From an uncultured Methanosarcinales archaeon (GTDB taxonomy: Archaea; Halobacteriota; Methanosarcinia; Methanosarcinales; Methanogasteraceae), in contig CBDUQO010000001.1 in NCBI GenBank assembly GCA_965369365.1, positions 1 through 44,496 on the forward strand: DNA of 44,496 nucleotides, read 5' to 3'. Below, piece after piece: positions 43,378 to 44,496 of this stretch. The position numbers and the translations under genes were made by a program. Under the pieces are notes generated by a model, which saw only the letters and a list, made by a program, of their open reading frames with translations, made no database searches and had not been told where the DNA came from. Positions within the stretch are counted from its first letter, which is position 1, and every line of letters starts with the position of its first letter.

Positions 43378-43803
43378 ATGGCACTAACAGCGATGCCGGC
43401 AATTCGAAACGTGCTAGAATCCGGCAACACAATACTTAGTCTGGTTGCGGGGGCAGTGTTGCTCCCCGGACAGGCAGTAGAAGCGGCAGCAACAGGTGTA
43501 TCCGGGCAGGTAGTTCCGGGAACCGGAGCAAACGCACCGATCGGGGTGGCGCTTTACGGCGCAGGCATCGGAGATCCGGTAGCGATTGCCGCGGTCGGAT
43601 GCGTTGCCGTGGTTGCGACCGAAGAAGACATAGACGCCGGCGACCAGGTGAACGTACTTGCAGCAGCAGGCGGAACCCCCGATGGCGGGCTGGTTGGCGT
43701 TGCGTCGGGAGTTGAGTATGTTCTCGGAACGGCGCTTGATGACATAGCGGCAGATAGTACGGGCAGGGTTCTGATCGCTCCATCCATGAGGGGAGGTACC
43801 TAA
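43378..43803 (+). CDS. DUF2190-like head decoration protein
   Basis: Gly/Ala/Val-rich 141 aa with GVALYGAGIGDPVAIAAVG..AGDQV..GTALDDIA pattern, directly before the capsid gene. Confidence 0.6.
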   Translation: MALTAMPAIRNVLESGNTILSLVAGAVLLPGQAVEAAATGVSGQVVPGTGANAPIGVALYGAGIGDPVAIAAVGCVAVVATEEDIDAGDQVNVLAAAGGTPDGGLVGVASGVEYVLGTALDDIAADSTGRVLIAPSMRGGT

Positions 43804-43804
43804 A

Positions 43805-44496
43805 ATGAAGGAAATAACGGTAGACCCGATGAGTCATCGACCGGTTGACTCCAGACATGAGCCGCACGCAAGGCTTCTTTCGAGCATTCTTGAGATTGCA
43901 CGCATCGATCACAGCGGGGAACGTCTCGGAAGCCGGCAGAGGCGCGCACTCCTAAGCCGCATACCTGCGGAGATGGGTTCCAGCAAGATCGATGATTTCA
44001 TGAGCAGCGACCCAACCGCAGATAGGTACCAAGCAAGACAGCTCTTGCTCACCGAGGCAATCGAATCAACCAGCATCGTTCAGGAACAAGTACTCCGGAC
44101 GGTTATTGCTGGCGCTGAGAAGTTCCAGATAATTAGGGACGCAGGGGTTGCATGGTACGCTACAAAATCAAACGCTCTCCGGGTACCGCTTGGGGAGGCA
44201 AGGCGGAACGCCGACATAATCGCCGAGGCCGCGGAGATCAAGGGCAGAACCCAGGATTATGAGCCACGAGACTTCTCGATCGTGAAATACGGGTCTCGCC
44301 CGGATATCAGTTTCGAGATGATCGAGGATGGTATGGTCGATGTGGTTGCAGAAGAGGTCTTCTATGCCGGTGCGGCTGTTGAGAACAGACTGAATTACGA
44401 GGCGTTCACCGCTCTGGCAACGAATGCGGGCAAGTCCACGACCACAACCGGATGCGGAACTGACGGCACGGCCCTTTCAGTACTCAGGGAGGCAAA
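43805..44496 (+). CDS. Major capsid protein, N-terminal part (runs off the window and continues at 56-479)
   Basis: ATG at 43805, 2 nt after the previous stop; open to the window end; frame continuity checked across the 55-bp overlap. Confidence 0.8.
   Translation, partial: MKEITVDPMSHRPVDSRHEPHARLLSSILEIARIDHSGERLGSRQRRALLSRIPAEMGSSKIDDFMSSDPTADRYQARQLLLTEAIESTSIVQEQVLRTVIAGAEKFQIIRDAGVAWYATKSNALRVPLGEARRNADIIAEAAEIKGRTQDYEPRDFSIVKYGSRPDISFEMIEDGMVDVVAEEVFYAGAAVENRLNYEAFTALATNAGKSTTTTGCGTDGTALSVLREA
44442..44496. repeat. Second copy of the 55-bp terminal overlap
   Basis: Identical to bases 1-55. Confidence 0.95.

Overview
The window is a complete, circularly closed replicon. Bases 1-55 are identical to 44442-44496, so the unique length is 44441 bp. 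The major capsid gene is split by the window ends: 43805-44496 continues in frame into 56-479.

The content reads as a head-tail archaeal virus. It looks siphovirus-like because I saw no sheath gene. Almost all genes are on the + strand, tightly packed, with many ATGA/TGATG stop-start overlaps.

Modules:
- Late operon, 38881 across the junction to 15642: portal, MuF, protease/scaffold, decoration protein, capsid, a block of secreted proteins, connectors, major tail, G/T chaperone, tape measure, tail tip and fibres.
- Replication module, 16196-24017: rpa-rpap pair, iteron origin, RHH, MCM-like ATPase, SNF2 helicase, RusA.
- Packaging, 24768-26601: terS and terL.
- Accessory arm, 26.6-38.7 kb, lying between terL and portal.

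The accessory arm holds a minus-strand cassette (RHH, lipoprotein, and a relic of a second terminase). It also holds a five-gene VirB2/VirB6/VirB3-4/VirB4-like membrane-ATPase operon, which is type IV secretion / archaeal Ced-Ted-like, and about 20 small genes, many of them zinc ribbons.

The host is probably an anaerobic euryarchaeon of the methanogen/Halobacteriota lineage. The evidence is the rpa-rpap operon, the MCM-like helicase, an NrdD glycyl-radical domain, TTTATATA-type promoters about 25 nt from start codons, oligo-T terminators and sequon-rich secreted proteins. This is inference, not proof.

I recognised no integrase, tRNA, rRNA, CRISPR array or reverse transcriptase.

The strongest candidates for something new are the conjugation-like module inside a tailed-virus genome and a stand-alone NrdD C-terminal glycyl-radical mini-protein inserted in the tail module.

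All homology statements come from motif recognition by eye and need profile or structure searches.
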